DNA from: Ignicoccus hospitalis KIN4/I
GTDB taxonomy: Archaea > Thermoproteota > Thermoprotei_A > Sulfolobales > Ignicoccaceae
DNA length: 32,000 bases
Assembly: GCF_000017945.1 (NCBI RefSeq)
Contig: NC_009776.1
Location: 90,001-122,000 of the forward strand
Direction: 5' to 3'
Shown here: one piece after another, positions 9,206-17,272 of the stretch
How the letters are laid out: each line of letters starts with the position of its first letter
How positions within the stretch are numbered: position 1 is the first letter of the stretch
Position numbers and translations under genes: made by a program
The notes under the pieces: model-generated
Database searches by the model: none
What the model saw: only the letters and a program-made list of their open reading frames with translations
What the model was told of the DNA's origin: nothing

Positions 9206-9963
9206 TACACCTTCCCCAACACGTACTTTTCCGTCAACGGGTTCTTGGGCCTAGTAAATATCTCGGAAGTGGGCCCGACCTCCACCAGCTCCCCGTTGTA
9301 GATGAAGGCCACGTAGTCGCTTATCCTTGCGGCTTGTTGGGGGTTGTGAGTTACTATTATTATTGTAAAGTCCTTCTTCAGCTCTACGATGTTTTCCTCT
9401 ATCTTTTTCGTGGATACCACGTCCAGCGCGGAGGTAGGCTCGTCCATGAGTAGGACTTTAGGCTTCAGGGCTATGGCTCTTGCTATGCAGAGCCTCTGCT
9501 GTTGGCCTCCGGACAGCGCGTGAGCCTTCTTCTTCAAGTCGTCTTTCACCTCGTCCCACAAGTACGCCTTCTTCAAGGCCCACTCCACGCGTTCCCTCAG
9601 CTCTTCCTTGCTCTTTACCAGCTTGTGCAGCCTCAGCCCTATGGCGACGTTGTCGAATATACTCATGTGAGGAAACGGGTTGGGCCTCTGGAAGACCATT
9701 CCTACGATCTTCCTGAGCTCGTGAGGAGGCATCTTGTTGACGTCTGTCCCGTTAACGTATATCTTCCCAGTAACCTTCACTTGGGGGTACAAGTCCCACA
9801 GCTTGTTTATTGCCCTTAAGAGCGTGCTCTTTCCGGATCCCGAAGGCCCCATTATGGCGAATATCGTGTTCTTCGGGACCTCCAAGTTTATGTTCCGTAA
9901 CACAGTCTTGCCATTTATGGTTACGCTCAAGTTCTCTATCTTGACCATGGTTTCAGAACTCAT
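9205..9963 (-). CDS. pstB: Phosphate ABC transporter ATP-binding protein
   Basis: GPSGSGKSTLLRAINKLWDLYP, VGMVFQRPNPFPHMSIFDNVAIGLRLH, LSGGQQQRLCIARAIALKPKVLLMDEPTSALD. Confidence 0.96.
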   Translation of the reverse strand: MSSETMVKIENLSVTINGKTVLRNINLEVPKNTIFAIMGPSGSGKSTLLRAINKLWDLYPQVKVTGKIYVNGTDVNKMPPHELRKIVGMVFQRPNPFPHMSIFDNVAIGLRLHKLVKSKEELRERVEWALKKAYLWDEVKDDLKKKAHALSGGQQQRLCIARAIALKPKVLLMDEPTSALDVVSTKKIEENIVELKKDFTIIIVTHNPQQAARISDYVAFIYNGELVEVGPTSEIFTRPKNPLTEKYVLGKV

Positions 9964-10792
9964 GCCTCTTCACCACTAATTTACTCAATATTATTAGAGG
10001 AAGGACTATGAGGAACACCAAAACGAAGGAGGCCGCCCAGCTCATCTCCAACCATAAGTCTTGGGAGCTGAAGCCGAACTTGTATATGAGGACGCTGAGC
10101 GTGGAGACCGGCTCGAACGGGTCCAGAGTCACCTTGTCGTTCCAACCGGCGGTGAACAGCAAGGGCGCGGCCTCCCCAGCTCCCTTGGCCAGCGCCATGA
10201 GTACCCCCGAGACTACCCCCGGCAACACGAGCCCTCTGATGACTTTAAACAGCACAGTGGTGTACTTGAGTCCTAAGGCCAGCCCGCCCTCCTTTATCAG
10301 CCTCGGCACCTTCCGGTAGCTCTCTGCCGTATACAAGGCTATATAGGGAATCATGATCAGGGAGAGCGCTAGGGCCCCGGCTATCGCTGAGAAAGAGCCC
10401 GTAGGCACGACTAGCGTCCAGTAGATAGCGACGCCCGCGGTTATGGTGGGCACTTCCACCAAAGTGGAAGCCAAGTTCTCTACGAGCCTTCCCAGACGGG
10501 TGTTTCCGAACTCGGATATCACTATTCCGGCCAAAAAGCCCAATGGGAAGGAGATGAGCAACGCCATTCCAACAATCATCAATGTCCCGATTATAGCTGG
10601 CGCGATCCCCACCTCTACCTCTTCGAAGAGGAAGATCGGGGGCGGGATGTCTTTTAGGAATATGTCGGTGCCGTACTTCGCTATGACCGCGGCCCCGTTA
10701 ACCGCTATGGAGCCGAGTATCCATATTAGCACGCCCAAGGCGCTCAAGCTTATTACATATATTAGCGCTATCCAGATCGCGCCCCTACGCAA
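9953..10792 (-). CDS. pstA: Phosphate ABC transporter permease PstA
   Basis: Multi-TM; GAIAGALALSLIMIPYIALYTAESYRKVPRLIKEGGLALGLKYTTV and GAGEAAPLLFTAG; downstream of pstC. Confidence 0.93.
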   Translation of the reverse strand: MRRGAIWIALIYVISLSALGVLIWILGSIAVNGAAVIAKYGTDIFLKDIPPPIFLFEEVEVGIAPAIIGTLMIVGMALLISFPLGFLAGIVISEFGNTRLGRLVENLASTLVEVPTITAGVAIYWTLVVPTGSFSAIAGALALSLIMIPYIALYTAESYRKVPRLIKEGGLALGLKYTTVLFKVIRGLVLPGVVSGVLMALAKGAGEAAPLLFTAGWNDKVTLDPFEPVSTLSVLIYKFGFSSQDLWLEMSWAASFVLVFLIVLPLIILSKLVVKRHEF

Positions 10793-11708
10793 CTATCTCA
10801 GCCTCCGTAAGGGCCCTTCCCAACTTCCTCCCCAAGGCGAGTATAATGCTCCCCAGAAAGATCAGGATTAAGACGAGGGCGGTTAACGCCTTGACGTGGG
10901 CGGGATTCATCATGGCCTCTTCGAATTCGTTGGCCACCAGCGAGGTTATCGTGGCTCCTCTGCACAACAAGCAAGGCTTGAAAGGCTCTATTGAGTTACC
11001 TATTAACATGGTAACGGCCATGGTCTCTCCCATGGAGCGTCCGGCCGCTATCACCACTCCGGCTAGTATGGAGGACTTAATGTAACCTAGGTTTATCCTT
11101 ATCACGTCCCACTTGGTGCCCCCGAGGGCGTAAACGGCCTCTACTAATTCCCTAGGAATCATTTCGTAGGAGTTCCTAATTATTGCCGAGGCGTAGGGGG
11201 TTATCATTAGCGACAGCACTAGGATGGCCGTCATGAAGCACTGGGGGCTTATCGCGCTGGTCGAGAAAAGCGCGCCCAGCGCCGGCACCCACGAAAGCCC
11301 TGCCAGGACCGGGTACGCCGTGTTTGCTAGGAGAGGACCGAAGATGATGAGACCCCAGTAACCGTAGATCACGCTGGGTATTGCCGCTATTAAGTCTATC
11401 AAAGTTCCGAAGAAAGTTTTCGCCTTGGGAGGCACCAGCTCCGTCACGAAGACAGCTAACGCTACTGCCAGCGGGGTAGCTAACGCCGTGGACCAGAACG
11501 TGACCCACAGCGTGCCCAAGATGAACTGTAGGCTGCCGAACTCCCCGTCGTAAGGGGACCAGTTCATAGACGTTATGATCTCTAGGCCGTGTTCGAGTAT
11601 AAAGTCATAGCTGTTGGAGAGGAGGGGGACCACTAGGAGAAGCAGCGGGACCAGCACTCCGAAAAGGCCTAGGGCTGCTACCACCTTCAGCGTCCTTTCC
11701 TTTATCAT
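10785..11708 (-). CDS. pstC: Phosphate ABC transporter permease PstC
   Basis: AIPSVIYGYWGLIIFGPLL, SYEMIPRELVEAVYALGGTKWDVIRINLGYIKSSILAGVVIAAGRSMGETMAVTMLIGN. ATG at 11708 preferred over ORF start 11738. Confidence 0.93.
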   Translation of the reverse strand: MIKERTLKVVAALGLFGVLVPLLLLVVPLLSNSYDFILEHGLEIITSMNWSPYDGEFGSLQFILGTLWVTFWSTALATPLAVALAVFVTELVPPKAKTFFGTLIDLIAAIPSVIYGYWGLIIFGPLLANTAYPVLAGLSWVPALGALFSTSAISPQCFMTAILVLSLMITPYASAIIRNSYEMIPRELVEAVYALGGTKWDVIRINLGYIKSSILAGVVIAAGRSMGETMAVTMLIGNSIEPFKPCLLCRGATITSLVANEFEEAMMNPAHVKALTALVLILIFLGSIILALGRKLGRALTEAEIVA

Positions 11709-11769
11709 AAACCTTCGGGGGACCCTACGGTTGGGCAAAATAAAGCTTTTCTATAAGCTAATCCATACG

Positions 11770-12357
11770 TTAGAGCACGAAAGTGAAAACCACAGAGACG
11801 GAGAACAGCGCCAGCCACAGCGCTAAGTTATACCTCATGACCTTTGCACCGTCCAACGGGTCCAAGGGCAACAAGTTGAACAGCGCTAAGAACCAGTTAA
11901 CGTTGGAAACTATCAGCAGGCCCCAAGCGCCGGTGAGGTAGAACAGTGCTTGTGATACCAGCGCCACCGCAATGTTGGCGAGGGGGCCTGCAGCGGCTAT
12001 CAAGCCCTCGGCCCTCTTGTTGCGGTAGGCGCAAGCGAACGTTACGGCCCCCGGGGCGGCGAAGACGAAAGAGCCTTTGCTTATTAGAGCCAAGAACAGG
12101 GCTATCGCGAGCCCCGTAGGCCACAGCACGTACTCCGCCCGACAGCCCATCCTCTTGGCCGTTTCCCTGTGCGCCAGTTCGTGGAAGATGAAGCCCGTCG
12201 CGACCGCCAGGGCGACCCACGCCAACAGCTGCCAGAAGCCGAACAGCAAGTACCTTATTCCGAAAGCTATAGTCAACACGGCCCATGAGATCAAGAGTGC
12301 CGGTGCCCCGTACATAAACTTTATGTACTTAGGGTTCGAAGGGAACCAAACGTACAT
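11770..12357 (-). CDS. M50 family (site-2 protease-like) membrane metalloprotease
   Basis: ATGFIFHELAHRETAKRMG and NLLPLDPLDGAKVM with multiple TM segments. Confidence 0.85.
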   Translation of the reverse strand: MYVWFPSNPKYIKFMYGAPALLISWAVLTIAFGIRYLLFGFWQLLAWVALAVATGFIFHELAHRETAKRMGCRAEYVLWPTGLAIALFLALISKGSFVFAAPGAVTFACAYRNKRAEGLIAAAGPLANIAVALVSQALFYLTGAWGLLIVSNVNWFLALFNLLPLDPLDGAKVMRYNLALWLALFSVSVVFTFVL

Positions 12358-12359
12358 GC

Positions 12360-12695
12360 TCAGAACACCTTCGTTCCGGGCCTTACGGGCTCTTGGGGGA
12401 CCACGAACACGGGCTTGCTCCCCTCGTCCTCTTGGGCCATCAGTACCATCCCTTCAGACACCAGACCGGCCATCTTCTTGGGCTCCAAGTTAGCGACGAC
12501 CACGACGTAACGGCCTACGAGCTCCTCGGGTCTGTACCACTTCTTTATCCCGCTGAGTATCTGTTTCTTCCCTAGGGGCCCTAGATCGACTATTAGTTTT
12601 ATCAGCTTCCTCGACTCGGGCACGTCCTCTGCCTCTATCACCTTGCCGACCCTTAAGTCTACCTTACTAAAGGTGTTAAAGTCTACGGTCTCCAC
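12360..12695 (-). CDS. Methionyl-tRNA synthetase beta subunit / tRNA-binding (EMAP/Trbp) domain protein
   Basis: VDFNTFSKVDLRVGKVIEAEDVPESRKLIKLIVDLG...RQILSGI-type core; SEGMVLMA. Confidence 0.93.
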   Translation of the reverse strand: METVDFNTFSKVDLRVGKVIEAEDVPESRKLIKLIVDLGPLGKKQILSGIKKWYRPEELVGRYVVVVANLEPKKMAGLVSEGMVLMAQEDEGSKPVFVVPQEPVRPGTKVF

Positions 12696-12731
12696 GACGT
12701 CACACCCTAGGGGCTTCTCGACCCGCGGGCT

Positions 12732-13712
12732 TTAGAACCAACTAACGTTTTCTTCGAAGTAACGGAGGACCTCCTCTACCCTTTCTAACGCTTCGGGCGG
12801 GGAGGGCGTAGGCTCCTCCTCTATCCTAAACCCCAGCTCGCTCAGCATCGGAACCACTGCCCCTTCCCCGTAACCCCCTCCTCCAGCGCCCGCTACGGGG
12901 ACCTCTATACTTCTCAGAAATTCCCCTATCTTGTAATAGGTGTTAGCGGTTAGGTTCAGGGCTCCGCCCAAGGGGTCCTTCCAGTAGCCGTCGACGCCCA
13001 TTTGGGCGACCACGAAGTCCGGCTCGAAGTTCTCAATGGCCCTCTTCACAATTAGGTCTATTACCATTGCGTACGCCTCGTCACCGGACCTCGGGGGAAG
13101 GGGCACGTTGAGGGAATAGCCCTTGCCTTCGCCGGCGCCGAGCTCCGCGTACCAGCCCGTCCCGGGGTAGAAGCCGGGGTAGTACATGTGTACGCTCACG
13201 GTGAGGACGTCTGACCTTTCGTAGAATATCTCTTGGGTGCCGTCCCCGTGGTGAACGTCGAAGTCCAAGTAGGCTACCCGATAGCCCTTCCTAGCCAAGG
13301 CCTCCGCCAAGACCGCTACGTCGTTGGCCGGACAGAAGCCGGCCGCCCTGCACTTGCCGGCGTGGTGTAAGCCTCCGTATGGGGTGTAGCCGAACCCTTG
13401 CTCCTCCGCGAGCTCAGCCGCCCTCAACACCCCTCCCAAGACGTCCACGAGCGTCGAGGCGGAGCCAGGGTAGATGTAGGTGTCCCCGTAGTCTATGACG
13501 CCTCCGATGGAGTCTAACTCCATTATCCTCTCTATTAAGCTCCTACAGTGCACCAGCTCGAAGAGTTCTAAGGAGGCCTCCTCCGGGGGGACTAGCTCTA
13601 CCTTACCGCTTACGACCTCTTTGAACTTCTTCATCCTGGCAGTCCACTCGCGAACTATTGAAGGGGGCGCGAAGAAGTGTTTCGTGAAGCTCTCGCTCCA
13701 GACGACCTTCAT
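12732..13712 (-). CDS. Histone deacetylase / acetoin utilization (AcuC) family protein
   Basis: YGGLHHAGKCRAAGFCPANDVAVLAEALARKGYRVAYLDFDVHHGDGTQEIFY, AGGGGYG; catalytic His/Asp pattern appears intact. Confidence 0.92.
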   Translation of the reverse strand: MKVVWSESFTKHFFAPPSIVREWTARMKKFKEVVSGKVELVPPEEASLELFELVHCRSLIERIMELDSIGGVIDYGDTYIYPGSASTLVDVLGGVLRAAELAEEQGFGYTPYGGLHHAGKCRAAGFCPANDVAVLAEALARKGYRVAYLDFDVHHGDGTQEIFYERSDVLTVSVHMYYPGFYPGTGWYAELGAGEGKGYSLNVPLPPRSGDEAYAMVIDLIVKRAIENFEPDFVVAQMGVDGYWKDPLGGALNLTANTYYKIGEFLRSIEVPVAGAGGGGYGEGAVVPMLSELGFRIEEEPTPSPPEALERVEEVLRYFEENVSWF

Positions 13713-13722
13713 AGCGCTCCCC

Positions 13723-14604
13723 TCACTTGATGTAAGAAGTGGCCCTCCCCATGACTTCGCAGTAGAGCTTCACGGTATCTCTGTACTTGAGCTGCCACGG
13801 GCCGGTGTATATCAAGTGCGCCTCCAGGCCCGAGCCGGCGTAGTAGAGGTCTCTGGTTAGGAACAAGGCCAGCGCCTCCGCCAAGGGCTCGAGGCTGGGG
13901 TAGCCCTTCCCGAGGGGTACCCTCTTCTTCATTATAAAAGTTCTAAACCTGAAGGATATTATCTGACTAAACCTGAGGCTGAAGTACTTGTTGGTCATTC
14001 TCTTTAACTTGTTGAATATGGACAACCAGAAGTCAACGGTGGCTTGCTTGTCCGCGAGGGTCAAGTCCCCGTGGGCGTAAGCCCTAGTTTCCCTCATGAA
14101 GTCGTTCTCCAGCTGGGCGGAGGGTATGACCCTCTCGTCCCCTATCATTTCGATTATCTCTCTTATTTCGTCCAAGCTCCCTAGGAACCTCTCGGTGTAT
14201 GTGGTCTCCAAGGAAACGTATATCGAGGGGACTTCGTTGAGTATAGCTTTGACTACGTCCACGACCGGTTCGTAGTCGTAAGGAACTCCCCTCACCTTTG
14301 GGCCTAGGTGCATGTTGAAGATCTTGGCCCCGGCGACGCTGGCCTTCTTGGCCGCTTGCACCATAGCCCGCTTCACCTTCTCGTGGGTGTACTTGTCGTG
14401 ATTTACCAAGCTGTAGTACGGAGCGTGTGCCGTGACCAAGTGGAAGTACTTGGAGGAGAGCTCTCTATACTTGATAAAGTGCTCTTCCGTGTAGTACCTT
14501 CTGGAGAACTCGGCCGGGGGTATTTCGGTGAGCCTCATCCCAGTCAAGGACGCGCTCTCCAGTTTGGTCAACCCGTTGTAGGTTCCCCAGTCGAATAAGG
14601 CCAC
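13723..14604 (-). CDS. TIM-barrel protein, endonuclease IV-like, apparently with degenerate metal site
   Basis: HAPYYSLVNHDKYTHEKVKRAMVQAAKKASVAGAKIFNMHLGP, VSLETTYTERFLGSLDEIREII, VPLGKGYPSLEPLAEALALF. Confidence 0.7.
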   Translation of the reverse strand: MALFDWGTYNGLTKLESASLTGMRLTEIPPAEFSRRYYTEEHFIKYRELSSKYFHLVTAHAPYYSLVNHDKYTHEKVKRAMVQAAKKASVAGAKIFNMHLGPKVRGVPYDYEPVVDVVKAILNEVPSIYVSLETTYTERFLGSLDEIREIIEMIGDERVIPSAQLENDFMRETRAYAHGDLTLADKQATVDFWLSIFNKLKRMTNKYFSLRFSQIISFRFRTFIMKKRVPLGKGYPSLEPLAEALALFLTRDLYYAGSGLEAHLIYTGPWQLKYRDTVKLYCEVMGRATSYIK

Positions 14605-14636
14605 GGAGGTTCCCCAAGGAGGGAACCCGGGAAAGC

Positions 14637-14930
14637 TTAATCAGATGACGTTCTAACCAACTCCAACTTCTCCTTAACTTTGTCCGCCAACTCGTCGAGG
14701 TCCTCGGCAAAGGCGTATAGACCGTAGGGAACCAAAAAGGCTGAGGAGCACGTGAACGCGGGAGGGAGCTTGTGGAAGGGGACCACTTTCGCGAAATATC
14801 CCTTCAAACCCTCCTTGATAACGATTGTGTACAGCTCTTCGCCCTTCTTGTAGTAACACGCGACGCAGTCGCCCAAGTCCTCGCACTTCACCTCGAGACC
14901 CTTAGACCTCAAAGCGTTAGCCTCCCTCAA
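14637..14930 (-). CDS. Hypothetical protein, 97 aa
   Basis: Overlaps the 3'-side of the upstream gene start by 14 nt in a same-strand gene string; no recognised family. Confidence 0.6.
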   Translation of the reverse strand: MREANALRSKGLEVKCEDLGDCVACYYKKGEELYTIVIKEGLKGYFAKVVPFHKLPPAFTCSSAFLVPYGLYAFAEDLDELADKVKEKLELVRTSSD

Positions 14931-15732
14931 GGCCCCTCACCGTGTACGCCTCTACCCAGCCGTCCCCCCTGCCGAGCGCTATTATGTGGCCCTTCCACGC
15001 GACGGAAAAGAGCGTCAGCTGACACTCCTCAGAGAAGTAGAACGTCTTGCGGAGCACCACTTTTCCGGTAGCAGCTTCGACCACGTTGAGCCTCCCCTCG
15101 TAAACCTCCGGGTAAGCCAAGTACTTGCAGTCGTCCGAGAAGTCCGGCTCTCCGGCCCAGTTGGCGGGGGCGGTCCACAGCGACTCGGTCCCGTTGAACA
15201 CCGTGACGGAGGACGCGTTGGTCAAGGCTAGCAAGCTCCCGCAAGCGGAGCCGGCCGCGCCCCCGGCCCTCAGTTCCGCGAGCACCCCACCGTCGTTGAG
15301 ATCTATTATGTAAGTAGAGTTGTCCGAAGAGGCGAAGAGGACCGTGCCGTTGGTCCCGAGCCAGTTACAGCTTATGGGCAGGGTCCACCTAGGGGTAACG
15401 AGCTTCCCGTCCCTCGTACAAGCCGCTACGCCGTTCTTGAGGGGCAGGACGTAAGTGCAGTTACAGTCTAACTTCCGGACGTCTTTCCCCTCAACTAAGT
15501 AGACTCCATCACTCCCTAGGAAGGCGTACTTCCCGAAGGCGTAGGAGGCCCGCAATATCTGGCCCCCGGGGCAGCCCTTTAGCGCTACCGCCCCGTCTGT
15601 CCAGTTCAGCAAGTAAAAGCAGTGTGCGAAGGTGGCTACTCCCAACAAGGGCCCCGGCGCCAAGGAGCTGACCAGCCAGCCCCCCTCGAAGGACCACAGC
15701 AGCAACAACTCTATCAAGATTTCTTCCACCAA
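14917..15732 (-). CDS. Hypothetical, possibly membrane-anchored/exported beta-propeller-like protein
   Basis: N-terminal hydrophobic IEELLLLWSFEGG-like stretch, repeated short beta-strand/turn blades (YAFGKYAFLGSDGVYLVEGKDVRKLDC..., TNGTVLFASSDNSTYIIDLNDG), many Cys and NxS/T sequons. Confidence 0.6.
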   Translation of the reverse strand: MVEEILIELLLLWSFEGGWLVSSLAPGPLLGVATFAHCFYLLNWTDGAVALKGCPGGQILRASYAFGKYAFLGSDGVYLVEGKDVRKLDCNCTYVLPLKNGVAACTRDGKLVTPRWTLPISCNWLGTNGTVLFASSDNSTYIIDLNDGGVLAELRAGGAAGSACGSLLALTNASSVTVFNGTESLWTAPANWAGEPDFSDDCKYLAYPEVYEGRLNVVEAATGKVVLRKTFYFSEECQLTLFSVAWKGHIIALGRGDGWVEAYTVRGLEGG

Positions 15733-16286
15733 AATTCGAACTTGTAAGGAGTTATCAAAAGCATTTTTCCTTCGAGGACCGAACTGCCCCGGGACAAGTA
15801 CTCTAGGGCCTCCCTCGCGGCTACCGAGGCTACCAGGGTTACCATCGTCACCTCTTGGGGCCCCACGTGTTTACCTTCCCTCATTATGTCCCTTAATTTT
15901 AAATTATCATTGGTCATGAGCAAGATACCCAAGCCCGGCCTGACCATCGCGTGGAGCGTCTTGTACTTCTCTTCTACTCTTATCCTGCTCGGTATGTTAT
16001 CGGTTAAGGCTAGTGCTAAGGGGGCCTCCGGGAGGTCGTCTATGACGTCTTCTACCGCGCTCGGGACCGCCTCTGCCCTCGCCCCCAAGGCCTCTAGCTT
16101 CTTCTTTAAGGCGAATACCTTCCTTTTCCCTACGTCCTCAGGGAAGTAGGCTTGCGTGTACAAGTTCTTCTCCTCTATCACGTCCGGGTCTACCAATACG
16201 AACTCCTTCCATCCTCCCTTAGCCATCATTATCGAGGTCCAGCTTCCCAGCCCTCCACAGCCTACTATAACGACGGGCCTCCTCAA
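15714..16286 (-). CDS. ThiF/MoeB/HesA (E1-like) family protein, minimal
   Basis: VVIVGCGGLGSWTSIMMAKGGWKEFVLVDPDVIEEKNLYTQAYFPEDVGKRKVFALKKKL and LTDNIPSRIRVEEKY; TTG start. Confidence 0.85.
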   Translation of the reverse strand: MRRPVVIVGCGGLGSWTSIMMAKGGWKEFVLVDPDVIEEKNLYTQAYFPEDVGKRKVFALKKKLEALGARAEAVPSAVEDVIDDLPEAPLALALTDNIPSRIRVEEKYKTLHAMVRPGLGILLMTNDNLKLRDIMREGKHVGPQEVTMVTLVASVAAREALEYLSRGSSVLEGKMLLITPYKFEFWWKKS

Positions 16287-16578
16287 GGTACCACCTTACG
16301 TACTTCTTCAAGGATTTTTTAGTAACTTCGTCGAGCTTCTCCCTCCAGTTGGGCAAGCAGTACTTGCATACCCTCATACCGGGCTGAACCTCTTCGCTAC
16401 ATTCTCTACAGACTAACCGCCCGCACACGTAACACCTGGACACGGAGAGCCTCTTCCCGCAGACTTCGCACCTCCCCCTAAGGCACGCGGGACAGACGGG
16501 GGAGTGCCTTTCGCAGACCGGTCGCCCGCAGACCTCGCACCTCGCGACCGCTGAGGAGTCGCAGAAGTAACACTTCAC
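16219..16578 (-). CDS. Multi-zinc-finger (B-box/treble-clef-like) protein
   Basis: MKCYFCDSSAVARCEVCGRPVCERHSPVCPACLRGRCEVCGKRLSVSRCYVCGRLVCRECSEEVQPGMRVCKYC: 15 Cys + CxxH within about 75 residues; GTG start. Confidence 0.8.
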   Translation of the reverse strand: MKCYFCDSSAVARCEVCGRPVCERHSPVCPACLRGRCEVCGKRLSVSRCYVCGRLVCRECSEEVQPGMRVCKYCLPNWREKLDEVTKKSLKKYVRWYLEEARRYSRLWRAGKLDLDNDG

Positions 16579-17272
16579 CGGCCCTTACCGCCACAGCGGA
16601 GGCCGCGCAAGCTAAAGGAGCGGCGACGACGCTCGAGAGCGCTAGCGACGTAACGAAAAATATGACAGCGGCCTTGGGCGTTTCCCTAACTCCCACGGCG
16701 GAGAGGGCTACCACGTGCGCTAACAAGAACCCCAGACTCAAGGTCAGCGAAAAGCCGTCGATTATTGAAGTAACTACCAAGAGGCCTATCCACAGCGCGG
16801 GCCTCATGTTCTTAAGGGCAGCGAACTCTGGGTCGAATATAGAGTAGATGACGTTCTTCCGAAACGCCACAAGTACAGATGTCAAGGTGACCGTTATAAC
16901 GCTTAGGTATAACATGTTGGGGTCTACGAACAAGAACCCCGTAAGGAGCGACTGCGCGTATTCATACACCTCGTAACTCAAGTACGGAATCATGAGGGTA
17001 GTGACGGTATACGCTATCGCCTTCAAGTAGAGGATCTGGCGCCCCCTACTCTTCCACAGGGCGGCTGCGACCGGAATTGTCGCAAAGATTAAGAACGTGG
17101 CGTCTGCCCTTCCTAGGAAGTATAAGGAGAGTATTGTGGCGGCCAAGGCGAAGTCCGAGGAAGCGGGCACGAGGAATGACGCTTTTAGGTACTTCAGGTA
17201 CTTGCCTACGTAGGATGTAGTCGCAAAAAGGACAGAGTTCAATAAGATAAAGCTAACGTCCATGTTGATCAC
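16478..17272 (-). CDS. Metal (zinc/manganese-type, ABC-3 family) ABC transporter permease
   Basis: Multi-TM protein of ZnuB/TroC type (LIFATIPVAAALW, FDPEFAALKNMRP, TSIIDGFSLTLSLGFLLAHVVAL) adjacent to cognate ATPase. Confidence 0.8.
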   Translation of the reverse strand: MINMDVSFILLNSVLFATTSYVGKYLKYLKASFLVPASSDFALAATILSLYFLGRADATFLIFATIPVAAALWKSRGRQILYLKAIAYTVTTLMIPYLSYEVYEYAQSLLTGFLFVDPNMLYLSVITVTLTSVLVAFRKNVIYSIFDPEFAALKNMRPALWIGLLVVTSIIDGFSLTLSLGFLLAHVVALSAVGVRETPKAAVIFFVTSLALSSVVAAPLACAASAVAVRAGEVLLLRLLSGREVRGLRATGLRKALPRLSRVP

